Shown piece by piece: positions 39,338-52,699 of a DNA stretch of 64,000 nt. The number at the start of each line of letters is the position of its first letter. The stretch's first letter is position 1. The notes beneath the pieces are model-generated. The model was not told the DNA's origin. It searched no databases and worked only from the letters and a program-made list of their open reading frames with translations. This DNA comes from Haliotis rufescens (taxonomy: Eukaryota), in NCBI RefSeq assembly GCF_023055435.1, contig NW_025963780.1, positions 5,270,001 to 5,334,000 of the forward strand. Reading direction: 5' to 3'. The position numbers and the translations under genes are program-made.

Positions 39338-39564
39338 TCAACTGGACCCACCATCGTTGTTGCCACTGGATCCACTATTGCCACCATAACCATTATTATT
39401 TGTGAACAGTTCAGTTGTTGTCGCCGACGTCGATGTTGCAATGCTGTTGATACCGGTTGCTGCTGTGTTTCCAGACGCCATTGTGTCGTCCGTAGTACTA
39501 GATGTCGTGGCTGCTGTTGGTGACGTAGAGGGTGTGAAATCTATCGGAGTCATCACAGACAAGT
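39338..39564 (-). CDS. Gene 2 probable exon 2: 74-aa Thr/Ser-rich then Gly/Asn-rich tail (protein about 173 aa)
   Basis: Acceptor ctacatctttttatag|AC at 39565/39564 is phase-1 compatible (C+AC=His); open frame LSVMTPIDFTPSTSPTAATTSSTTDDT...GNNDGGSS*; AATAAA (minus) at 39307-39312. The link across the 10-kb intron is inferred. Confidence 0.7.
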
Positions 39565-40486
39565 CTATAAAAAGATGTAGCAGCCAACATGAGCCGGAAT
39601 CAATAACACATTCTCATAAAAAGAGTGAGTGAGTGAGTTTGGTTTTACGCCGCTTTTAGCAATATTCCAGCAATATCACGGCGAGGTGAGGTGAGGTGAA
39701 ATTGGGTTTAACGTCCCATCCAATATTATTGCGATTATAAAGCGACGTGCAAGTGTGTGTCTGTCTGCTTGTACTAGTCCGGACTGATGCCGATTAATAG
39801 TGCTAGCACACTGAGATACCATGCCGCAGTTTAACATGAATACCCCACTCAGAAACAGTTTACTGACTCCGAGCCGCCCAGTCCTTGTTTTAGCCCCATA
39901 ATGCCGAGCGCCTGACATGGTAACAATAAGTACCATTTTTGAACGTCTATTGTAATGACGCAGCCTGGATCGAACATCGGATCATCCGCTCTCCGGGCGG
40001 ACGCTCTACCACTAGACCACGTAGGCTGTCTTATTGAATAAGTAAATAAGCATGTTTACAAACCATGAAGTCAGGGGAAGAGGTTTTTTAAAGCCTTTAC
40101 GAAAAAAGGAGTGAGTGATTGAATGTTGTTACTGTAACATTAATATTATTTTGATTAAAACTGTGTGCCTGATATGTTTTTTTGAAAAAACCACCTCGCA
40201 ACAATGTAATTTAATCTTTGTCGCAAAGATTTTCTTTTTTTCAACATAATTACCTTTTTCACGAATTTTCAGGGGCAGACTATCAAATGGTCGGTCCCAC
40301 AGAACAATGTCCTAAGTACTCGGGGTACGATGACACAGCCACATAGTCTGACACAGTCTGACCAGCCGATCCCAAATAGTCACATCTTACAAGAGAGAGG
40401 TGGGAATTTATTCTCAACCCGTCTCATGCCCATGTGTCAGGATTAAATCACTCCCCTTAAATTTCACTTCTGTCCTGGGAAAGAAT

Positions 40487-42181
40487 CACTCTAGACTGAC
40501 CTGACCTGGTCATTCCTTGAACTGATACACTCTACAGTGACCCGACCTGGTCATTCCTTGAACTGATCCACTCTAGAGTGACCTGATCTGGTCATTCCTT
40601 GAACGGATACACTCTAGAGTGACCTGATCTGGTCATTCCTTGAACTGATACACTCTAGAGTGACCTGATCTGGTCATTCCTTGAACGGATACACTCTAGA
40701 GTGACCTGATCTGGTCATTCCTTGAACTGATACACTCTAGAGTGACCTGATCTGGTCATTCCTTGAACTGATACACACTAGAGTGACCTGATCTGGTCAT
40801 TCCTTGAACTGATACACTCTAGAGTGGCCTGATCTGGTCATTCCTTGAACTGATACACTTAAGAGTGACCTGATCTGGTAATTCCTTGAACTGATACACT
40901 CTAGAGTGACCTGATCTGGTCATTCCTTGAACTGATACACACTAGAGTGACCTGATCTGGTCATTCCTTGAACTGATACACTCTAGAGTGACCTGATCTG
41001 GTCATTCCTTGAACTGATACACTCTAGACTGACCTGACCTGGTCATTCCTTGAACTGATACACTCTAGAGTGACCTGACCTGGTCATTCCTTGAACTGAT
41101 ACACTCTACAGTGATCCGACCTGGTAATTCCTTGAACTGATACACTCAAGAGTGACCTGATGTGGTAATTCCTTGAACTGATACACTCTAGAGTGACCTG
41201 ATCTGGTCATTCCTTGAACTGATACACACTAGAGTGACCTGATCTGGTCATTACTTGAACTGATTCACCACAGAGTTACCTGATCTGGTCATTCCTTGAA
41301 CTGATACACTCTAGAGTGACCTGATCTGGTCATTCCTTGAACTGATACACTCTAGACTGATCTGACCTGGTCATTCCTTGAACTGATACACTCTAGAGTG
41401 ACCCGACCTGTTCATTCCTTGAACTGATACACTCTAGAGTGACCTGATCTGGTCATTCCTTGAACTGATACACACTAGAGTGACCTTACCTGGTCATTCC
41501 TTGAACTGATACACCACAGAGTAACTTGATCTGGTCATTCCTTGAACTGATACACTCTAGAGTGACCTGATCTGGTCATTCCTTGAACTGATACACACTA
41601 GAGTGACCTTACCTGGTCATTCCTTGAACTGATACACCACAGAGTAACTTGATCTGGTCATTCCTTGAACTGATACACCACAGAGTTACCTGATCTGGTC
41701 ATTCCTTGAACTGATACACTCTAGAGTGACCTGACCTGGTCATTCCTTGAACTGATACCCTCTAGAGTGACCTGATCTGGTCATTCCTTGAACTGATACA
41801 CTCTAGAGTGACCTGACCTGGTCACTCCTTGAACGGATACACTCTAGAGTGACCTGATCTGGTCATTCCTTGAACTGATACACCCTAGAGTGACCTGATC
41901 TGGTCATTCCTTGAACTGATACACTCTAGAGTGACCTGATCTGGTCATTCCTTGAACTGATACACTCTAGAGTGACCTGACCTGGTCACTCCTTGAACGG
42001 ATACACTCTAGAGTGACCTGATCTGGTCATTCCTTGAACTGATACACCCTAGAGTGACCTGATCTGGTCATTCCTTGAACTGACACACCCTAGAGTGACC
42101 TGATCTGGTCATTCCTTGAACTGATACACTCTAGAGTGACCTGATCTGGTCATTTCTTGAACTGATACACTCTAGAGTGAC
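40487..42181. repeat. 41-bp satellite, about 41 units, in the gene 2 intron
   Basis: CACTCTAGAGTGACCTGATCTGGTCATTCCTTGAACTGATA; single inverted unit at about 42321-42358. Confidence 0.97.
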
Positions 42182-42921
42182 ATTATCCTCGGATCACTCC
42201 CCTCTCAGGATGAAGACACTCCCTTCATGATATAATAAATCCCCCTCAACTGCGAGTTTTCATCCCGCAAAATGGTGGCGTATTGTGATCCCGAGGGTAG
42301 TGACTTGATCCGAGTATAAATCACTCTAGAGTGTGTCAGTTCAAGGAGTGACCAGATCCTCCTACACCGGGTGGGGTGGGGGTGGGGGTTATGGGGACCT
42401 ATGACTCAAGCGATGCAACATATAAATATATGTCTCAAGTGATGCAATACATGAACATATGTCTCAAGTGATGTAGGGGAGGTGGGGTAGCATAGTGGTT
42501 AAAGCGTTGGCTCGTCACGCTGAGGGCCCGGGTTCGATTCCCGACATGGGTACAATGTGTGAAGCCCATTTCTGGTGTCCCCCGCCGTGATATTGCTGGA
42601 ATAAGTGCTTAAAAGCGGCGTAAAACCATACTCACTCACTCACTCACTTCATCCAAAGGATGTTAACTTAAAATTGAAATATACCAAGAAGAGGTCAATG
42701 GGCCCAAATTCAGTGTGTAGGCTTTAGCTGTAAATAGTCGGTCTAAAAGTTTTATTTCTGTGGCGCTTAGGTATTGTGCTGACAAACAAGAATAATGTAG
42801 TTATGTAGTTCAAATGAAAACAATTTTGCTGCATTGTGATTTGACCATACCCAAATAAGCACGTTCTGGCACTGTCGTAGGTGGATATCAATAACTTGGA
42901 ATCTCTTCAAATGTTGACACA

Positions 42922-45900
42922 AAATCATAAATATTTTGGGGGATATTTTTATGAAATTGCGTGCTCAGTCTTCACCCCAGAAACATTCATGTTTCCGTAT
43001 CTTAGTTCTGTATATGATACTATGATATAGTTTGTTTGTTTGTTGTTTAACACCGCACTCAGCAATATTCCAGCTATATGACGGCGGTCTGTCAATAAAC
43101 GAGTCAGGACCAGACAATCCAGTGATTGATATCACGAGCATCGATCTACACAAATGGGATACGATGACATGCATCAACCACGTCAGCGAGTCTGACCACC
43201 CGATCCCGTTAGTCGCCTTATGCGATAAGCATAGGCGTCAGTTACGGAAGCATGGTTGCTGAAGACCTATTGTAACCCGCATCTTCACGGGTAAAACTAT
43301 GATATCGAAACACACAAGTTAATCATTTTTATTGAATGTATGGTAAGATATGTAAAAATAATTTCCTGAGTGCCTTTAAGAAAGGTATAATTTAGCGTTC
43401 ATTGTACACAGCTCTTGTCTTCTGCAGGACTCCGTGTATGACAGTATAATGTCAGGTTTGTGCATCAATACTCAACATAATAGCAGACAGTTCTTCCCCA
43501 TTGGCAGTATTGTCCCTCTCCGGTCAGAAATAGCCTAGCAACCAGAGATACTGGGACATTTATCTCTGTTCCTGATATTGTTCTATGAGGACACACGTTG
43601 GCTGACAGGATATACACTTCCTGGAGGATCACTGACATAGGGGATCACAGTATACTGACCCCGAGCCGACCAGTCCTTGTTTTAGCCCCTTAATGCCGAG
43701 CGCCAGACAGGGTAACAACAAGTACCATCTTTTAAAGTCTTTTGGCATGACGCGGCCGGGGATCGAACCCCGGACCTTCCGCTCTCCGGGCGGACGCTCT
43801 ATCACTAAACCACGGAGGCGGTATTGTTTTTAGTTAGTGAGTGAGTATGGTTTTACGCCATTTTTAGCAATTTTCCAGCAATATTACGGCGGGGGACACC
43901 GGAAATTGGACTTCACATATTGTACCCACGTGGGGAATCGGACCCGGGTCTTCGACTTGACGAGCAAACACTTTAACCACTTGGTCCTCAAATTAAGTAA
44001 AAACAAGTAATTGATTTAAAGTATGAATAAAATGATTAACAGCGTTTATAGGTCAATCATTTCGTTACCGAAAAACCAAATTCATCAAAGGACAGAGAAA
44101 TCTTTATTTATCTATATATTTGTTTAAGATTGTCAGCGTTTCAAAACAAACAATTTATTTCTATAAAAGAGGAAGCCAAACACAACACATTACTTTTTAG
44201 AACATTTAACTTGGCCAGTGAATGATTTATATATTTGAAAGAAATAATTCGTGAAGAATTTGCAAAATTATTACAGAAAATAGATATTATAGATATACTC
44301 CTGTACAGGAATAAGCTAATATCAAGTCGTTATGATTATGACATATTGATATCGTTATAAGCAAAACAAAAAAATACAAAATAATAATAAAGAACGTTAT
44401 GAAGTATTTTGCTGAGGAACTGTCAAGATGTAGAGAGTTGAGGTACGTACTCCGTCGTTGGTCACATACCGATACGTCGCATTGAAAACTGTTGAAATCA
44501 ATGTCTTTATCAGCATTTTTTGTTCAAACAAATATTATATGCTCAGCCATCGAGAATTGATTGAACTTGGATGCTTGAATGCTTGAATCAATGTTTACAG
44601 ACACGGGAAAATATGAAATTTGTGTGAACATTATTTTGTGTCAACATTTGAAGAGATTCCAAAGTAATTGATATCCACCTACGACAGCGCCAGAAAGTGC
44701 TTCTCTGAGTATGGTCAAATCACAATGCAGCAAAATTGTTTTCATTTTGAACTACTTAAAGGATGGAACCGCCACAATAATAGTATGTCTACAATATACC
44801 GTGTTTTGGTATAGCAGTGATGTGTACAGAACTATGCCGTGTATGAACGGATTGTAATGTGTAGTTCTGATCAATACACTGACACAATACGCCTGCGTGA
44901 TATGTTTCCGTGACTTTCAGAGTGACTTTTCATTATTCTTGTTTGTCAGAACAATACCTGTGCTCCAAAGATATAAACGTTTTAGACCGACATGTGAACT
45001 ATTGACCGTTAAACCCTACCCACTGAAGTCTGTTCACGCCGGGGATCGAACCACCGATCTTCCGCTCTCTGTTTGACCAGGTGGCAGTTTCGGTGAGTTT
45101 CGCGGCCGGGTATCTAACGCCCGACCTTGCGCTCTCCATGCGGACACTCTGTCCACTAGACCACGGAGGCGTTCTTGTCTGACTTGTGCACAGCACACAG
45201 GAAAATGGTTAAGTTTGACTTGTAGATCGACTATTGTGACCATTGTTGGCATCCGAGGTCACTCTATTTGAAAGTTAGGAGCTTATGAAGTTTCTTAGAG
45301 GATCAGTTACATCTTAGACGTGAGTGCATTAACTTCCTATATTCTTCGAAGTTTGCCATTATTTGTAGTCAAACGTAAGGCATGAAACCCAACTTAACTT
45401 CTATGTTGATAGCAAACGTCTGACAAAGAAAATGAATTAAGCAGTGATCCCCCAGGAAGTGTATATCCTGTCAGCCAACGTGTGTCCTCATAGAACAATA
45501 TCAGGAACAGAGATAAATGTCCCAGTATCTCTGGTTGCTAGGCTATTTCTGACCGGAGAGGAACAATACTGCCAATGGGGAAGAACTGTCTGCTATTATG
45601 TTGAGTATTGATGCACAAACCTGACATTATACTGTCATACACGGAGTCCTGCAGAAGACAAGAGCTGTGTACAATGAACGCTAAATTATACCTTTCTTAA
45701 AGGCACTCAGGAAATTATTTTTACATATCTTACCATAACATCAATAAAAATGATTAACTTGTGTGTTTCGATATCATAGTTTTACCCGTGAGGATGCGGG
45801 TTACAATAGGTCTTCAGCAACCATGCTTCCGTAACTGACGCCTATGCTTATCGCATAAGGCGACTAACGGGATCGGGTGGTCAGACTCGCTGACATGGTC

Positions 45901-46158
45901 GATGCATGTCATCGTATCCCATTTGTGCAGATCGATACTCGTGATATCAATCACTGAATTGTCTGGTCCAGACTCGTTTATTGACAGACCGCCGTCATAT
46001 AGCTGGAATATTGCCGAGTGCGGTGTTAAACAACAAACAAACAAACAAACTATATCATAGTATCATATACAGAACTAAGATACGGAAACATGAATGTTTC
46101 TGGGGTGAAGACTGAGCACGCAATTTCATAAAAATATCCCCCAAAATAATTATGATTT
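42922..46158. repeat. About 710-bp near-identical inverted duplication (42922-43634 / 45442-46158)
   Basis: Arms are reverse complements with only scattered differences and share one family C insertion. Confidence 0.9.
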
Positions 46159-46224
46159 CTAACTTTTTTGTTCAGCATATCTTAGGGATGGTATGATGCC
46201 AGGTTTTGGCGAGCATAATACATA

Positions 46225-46548
46225 CCGTATTCGACGTAATAAGCGCCCAGTGCGCTCTTAAAATCAGAAATAGGGGGTGCTTATTAAAATATTATTTTGG
46301 TGAAAGATCTTAAGTTTCCTGGTTTATGCTGACAGCCTAAAATGTTTACATACGACAGATATATTTATCCAGAATTTAATTGCCCATAATTAAGGGTGCA
46401 TATAACACGTATTATACACGAATAAATAAGTCTTGTGTACATTGATCAATTGGAAGGGGTGCTAATTGGGATTGTTCACTAGCCAATATATTCGCAAATA
46501 TCGCCGTGGGCGCTTATTAGAGCGGGGCGCTCATTACGTCGAATACGG
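46225..46548. mobile_element. Tc1/mariner-type MITE
   Basis: TIR CCGTATTCGACGTAAT(A/G)AGCGCCC at both ends, flanked by TA. Confidence 0.8.
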
Positions 46549-49535
46549 TATATATTTACCCTAATGTATGGTATTTATGATACGGAAACACGTGTGTGTG
46601 GTAATCATATAGTGTCATTATTAAAATATTAGATGTTTGAAAGGTAATTTCGCTCAATGAAGTAGTTTCTATGTGTGTCTAGACAATTATTATAAAACAA
46701 GTAACTGCTTTTTGAATCCTGTCCTATACCTCACTGAATACTCGATACTCTGCCAGGATCCCCTTGCCTTGGTTTGGATTTGCCCTGGGTATAATCCTTG
46801 TTTGTCAGTACTCCACCCGTGGTATGCGGAAATGGTAATTTTCCAGGACACCGGCTTTATTCCCTCGTTATTCTAAAACGCCGTGAAGCGACAGAAATGA
46901 TGTTCCTGGGTGGATCAATAGCCGAATAAAAAGACTGACGGTAAAGACTCATTAGTTCAATATGGTTATCGGGAAATAATTTGTTAATGTGAAGTTTACA
47001 CGCTATAAGGTTTTTGTACTGGAGGAAAGGCCGGTCACATACCGCGAGGCTAACGTTTTGACGTAAATACATGACTGTATTCTTGTGATGACAAACACGA
47101 AGCACTATAACATTCCTGGGAAAAAAACTGGAAAATCCCAATCTTAAATAGATACAGAAGCGATGGGTCTGATCATTTAGACCCTTCATTCCCAGCGTGT
47201 TAGCATACACTGGGAAAAGTTTGACTGAATGACCCTACACGAACAGACCCTTCTCGCTTGGACCCATCCCAGTGAACAAAATACGCACAGAAACTATCGA
47301 CTGGATTCGTGGCACGACTGACAGTGGCAGTCCACAGCCATTCACGAGTTTACCCCAGTGTCAGTTGACACATCTTTATAATCATCCTTTAATAACAGTT
47401 ACAATCACCACAGATTCATTCGCAACTTTGAAAATCACCACGCCATGTTCACTGTGTCGGCCATTTCGACGTCCTGTACTTGATGTTAATGTATTACGAC
47501 GCGCGGTCACTGTGACTGACTCACTGAGATAGTTCTTAACAGACCTTTCTCATCTAATGATGATATTACTTGAATCTATTTGTTGTAACCAATCTACAAA
47601 ATATGTTACTGTTGAGAAATTTGAGCTACATACGTTCATGTCACATCTCGTTTTGAGGAACTATTTTATTCCGCGATTTAGCTGGTTGTTGTATGGGTGT
47701 CAGTGTAAACATGAAGTCACACGTTGTACACGAATCTGTGTTTACATCCTTCGATGTACAAACTACTGATACAATTGGCCATGTGAATGGTCAAACCTCT
47801 CACGGGGGGCACGGGTGGCCCAGTCGTCTAAGGCACCGCGATTGGCTGTGCAGAGTTGCGTCCCTTGGGCACGCCAGAAACCTATGATTGTGGGTTCGAA
47901 TCCCGGTTCGCCCCAGTTAAGTTTCTAGGTTTGTCAGCACCACACCCGTGCTCATGGGTTTCGTCGAAGTGGTAAACGTCTGAGACCTGCATCACTTCGG
48001 GCTTTCCTTCCACATTAAGCTGACACGCCGTGATATAACTGGAATATCAAACTCAAATTGAAAATGAATTGTCAATTAAGTTTGATACATCTGCATATTA
48101 AATGTCAATGCAAGTCTTAACTTTCCACCGACACTTTCATTTGGGCGTAGAGGACCACTGAAAATCAGTGATGACACCAGGTGTTCGCGAAAAGGGTATT
48201 AATAATTGTAGACGTTTACATTGGCTGTTATCCTCTATATCTACGAATCTTTTTGATAAAAAAGACAGGCACATGGATAACCACATTTTACGTACATAAA
48301 TAGGCATTTTATCACATTTTATTTGTATCGAAAACCTAAGATAAACAACCAGTTATAAGCAGCCAATTTGACTTACGTGAAACTTAAATTACTTGAAACT
48401 CACTTGAAACTAATATTTACCTCCCTTGAAAGAAGGTCGTTAACATCTTGAAAACAGTTACATGACGCTACATGGAAATTGAACAAATTGTCTCTTTATA
48501 CATGCAAATTATTCATGTTTAGTTCATATATTAGTATCTACTTCAAATACGAGTATTCACATAATTTAATCTTGGTGTATTATGGTGAATGAAATAAGTC
48601 CTTCCTCAAGCTGACACACTGTGACGTTACAGACATACTGCTCACAGCGACGTCAAACCCAACTCATTCTCTCACTCACTGAAAAGTGATCAAAGATAAA
48701 CGAAAGAAAATACCCAGACGGATCTACATGAGAATAGGTTTAACACAATTAGAATATACGCTCAACTCTCTATTGCTTGTCACAAAGGTCTAAATTGAAG
48801 CAGGGTCGTCCACGGCGGCGAAATTCGCTGTTCAGAGTTGCGTCCCTTGGGCACCTTGAAAACTATGATTATCAGTTCGAATCCCGGTTCGCCCCAATTA
48901 TGTTTCTAGGTTTGTCAGCACTATTCCAGTCGCTCGTGGGTTTCACCAAACTCGTAAACGTCTAAGACCTGCATCACTTCGGGCTTTCCTCCCACATTAA
49001 GCTGACACGCCGCGATATAACTGGAATACTGTTCAAAGTGTCGTTAAAAGTCACTAACTCACTAAATTGGATCGAGTTGGGTCTTTCGGTAAACGCGTGT
49101 CATCCGGGATTCCTTGTGTATTGCAGCGTAAAACAACAAGAAACAAATCTGCAACAAAATACATATTACCCGCGTACACTCCATCCTCGGGGATATAAAT
49201 ATTTTCACTAATATTCTAAAATAATATATAATCCACCTTTAGCAACATTATGAGTAGTGGACGAAGTCGGGGACTGATCACGATACTGAACACAATTACA
49301 ACTAATTACACATGTATATCTAGTTTCTAGACTGTTTAATGTTTGATAGTTTTTAATTTTTTTGTCGAAATATGTTTTCAGTTTCCAACGAAATTATATC
49401 AAATGGACCCGAACAATCAGAACATGCATGCTTTCAGCTTCGGGAGTCGTCCAATTTAGTTGCAGAACGTTTCTGAAGGAATGATAGAGGATATCAGCTC
49501 AGTAGGGCCGACTTTGTAGATGTGTTTATACGTAC

Positions 49536-49830
49536 GTTTAACAGAGTAGCCTTTCGCCCCCATCTTGTTGTTAAGTTGGAGATTGTGGAGGTCCTCGTTG
49601 TACAAAAGACACATATTCTCCAATTTGTAGAAGATGAAGCTCTTGCACTGTTCCCCCTCTTGTCCACACAATGCACCACATGCACACGTAGAAACGCTCT
49701 CAGTCGATACTAGTATATGATTAATGCCAATTTTGTCATCAAACTGGTCCACTTTGTCAAAATCCCGTCCCACAATTGTCACATCTACCATACCTACATG
49801 CAGAATGAGTATCACCAACACTAGAATCAT
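49536..49830 (-). CDS. Gene 2 exon 1: signal peptide + PAN/apple-like domain
   Basis: MILVLVILILHVG signal-like start; CGALCGQEGEQCKSFIFYKLENMCLLY; ends GAKGYSVK + C|GTACGT donor (phase 1), the same donor hexamer as gene 3. Confidence 0.85.
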
Positions 49831-52699
49831 AGTTGCATGTGTCAGTGAGTGATGCTTTTCGGGTATCCTTGTACGAAGGATGAAGATGAGAACATATGTT
49901 CATCAACCAATCTAACGAGAAACCATCTGATTCTAAATTCTAAAACATGTCCATTGTTTGTATCATTGATTTATCCAAAGCGTGTATGGGAAGCGTTTCC
50001 CGTCTAGCCTGCTACTTCACTCGTGAGTCTTATATCAACCGCACTTGACGTTAAGGCAACCTTTGAGCACTGTTATTTTCTTTTGTTATACACACATCTC
50101 CTTCCTTCCAACTGGTAGCGCTGTTTGTGAAGTACTCACACGGGTAAGGAAGGATACCTTATTGCAAACTATTACTGTTTCCTGACTCATGAACACAGAC
50201 TCTCTTTTCATTTTCGCTCCAGTACTTCAAGGGTATCATTACATCGACTGAATAGCTGTCTAGTTACCGTGGCAAGTGCATAGTCTACAACCGGTTCTAG
50301 CCATTTGTATAGGTGGACTTTGAATATATGTAGATCTAAGACAAAATGCAACACATAACCGTTAAAATTGTTATTGCTATGGAAACTATGCAACGGAACA
50401 TTTACAAAACAAGTATGTGCACAATAGAATTCGGTTTCTGTACAGCTTTATGTGTGTATCACAATATATAGAATTTCGTTCGTCAGAAATATATTTTTTC
50501 AGATGGTTCAGGTGTATTTGTATTTATTTACAGTTATTTTTCCGTCCGACTGACTAAAAATTATTAAGAAGTTCACAAGGGGTTTTAAAAATTCATAAAA
50601 GACAAATTATTAATTAAGATTAGCAGTAAAACAAACAAAAATATAAATTGACTTTCGTTTTGTTATAATCATATCATTTTCAATCCCTGGGTGATGAAAT
50701 AAAGCATGTTATAGAGAATTTGTTATCATTATATAACAAATGGAAAAATAATTGTAAAATGACTGCAATTTTTTGGCGTTTTGTAAAATTACATAAGTGA
50801 AAGTTTCAATCATTGAGTCACACAAACTAATTTCATACAAACATGTACATATGAGCTTTGGTGGAGCTTGTATATTTGCATATTGGTGTTATTCCTTTAA
50901 TTCCACTGAAATCGTCTAAATGTCATTGTTCCGGATTAACGAATTAGCGATAACGTGGTCATATCTCTTTGTATAAATGTAAATGTCCCCATCAGAAATC
51001 ATCGGGGAAAAGCGGGAATCCGGATTGAGGGGGTCCGGATTAAGGAGGGTTTACTGTTGATGTGCTTGAAGACAGGCAACGGCTAAACATTCTCATGTAC
51101 CAAAGTAACAAATGTCGTTTTTGGACTGGACTCAATTAGTACAAGGAAGTACTAGAATTTGTACTTTACTGAGATAGTGTTATCCCCAACATGAAATTTG
51201 TCACATCGGACCACTTTCTTAATTGCATTGTGTATTCATAGTTCTCATGCACGTTCGACAAAAGTGAGAGAGCTGATACGTGTATATAGAGGTTATATAT
51301 ACACGCCAAGGCTCGCTAAATACAATCATGTTTATTCCTAATGTAGGATATTTACCATCCCCAAACACACAAGCGTGATAACCTGTTTATCATATAATGT
51401 CATTCTTTAATTATGTGCTTGAAATCGTTTTACCTCTCTCACAAACATTACCGAAACATTGCGAGTTTTCCTGGAAAGGACGCCTTAATAATTTTTATTA
51501 CGTCACAGGGTAAGTGATGTGTCAGTCGGACAGTGACATTAGCCAATATAGTTCCAACTGAAATCTGTTTCTTATACAGTGGCGAAGCAACATGTACGCA
51601 AAACATCAATGGTTTTTACTTACCTTTCGCGGCAATCCATCGGTCTGTCCGCTAGAGTAACTGCCCTTTGTCAAAGGGAAGCTGTTCTAACCCTAGTCTA
51701 TGATAGGTCACGACCACGGTCAGACGTTGTTGACAGTCGGCCTGTCCTGTCATAACGTTAAGAAGTGTAGTCAGATGTACACACAACGACAAAACGAAAC
51801 AAGGTAACAATTCAAACATATTTGGGCCAAATCCAACTATTTTAATTTGTGGAAAAGGTTTCAAGCCGTAGAGGTCTACAAACACAGATATGGCCACTGA
51901 TCCGGCTTGGCTAGGCCGGGTGCCCTCGCAAAATTGTTTCGAAATTTATGTCTCCAAAGTTGCCAAAACTTATAAAATGCCTTAGCTACGTCACAGTTAG
52001 ACACTGATTTTCAGTATATTAGACTGTTCTTTTGATAATGATAGCAATTATCCCTGTAGTTTATCCAGATTCCCGATGGTTAATTCTGACTCGATCACCG
52101 AATGACAAGGGCGACGCCCTGTTTGTTTATAAACACTGAAAGTAGTCCCTACTTGACCTTTGATATTTGCATCTCTATCCGCATATGACCCCAACGGATA
52201 TCGTTTTTATCCGTTGGCTTTAACCTACCGAGAAACCTATATATATGATAAATTCAGTGATCCATTCATATAAGTCTCTCGGTTAATTTCCTTTTACACC
52301 CAATCAAATCTGTTCAGACAGATAATCGGGATAAATTATTCTCTTGCTTTGACGTTTCATATTTCTTATTGTCAGAGTGTTGTTCTTATGGATCACACTC
52401 GTTTATCCGAGCTCATTCTGTCAGTAATTTCTTTCCAGCACGTGTTTCTTTGTCACTTGTCATTAAATGCTTCAGCGGGTTCCTTGCTTGTTTCCTCTTG
52501 TGCATTTAACGTTGCTAAAGTTCGCGTGTGGTGCGAAGGGTATTATAACGGCAAACATGTGTTTATATGCACATTTAGTTGTCTGTTCACCAATCTCTGT
52601 CCTGATCACCAATCACAGCTGAAATGTGTCGTCAGATCAATCAATATCAACTGTAAACATCAAACAGAATCCATACAATGAACCGAACATTTGTAGCAG

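Noticed and set aside
40487-42181. CRISPR-like appearance of the 41-bp (and 35-bp, 16365-16920) arrays
   Set aside because: Head-to-tail repeats with no unique spacers and no cas genes; eukaryotic context.
47370-47560. Closer alternative exon 2 for gene 2
   Set aside because: Weak polypyrimidine tract; the phase-1 frame stops after about 15 codons and lacks the Thr-rich character.
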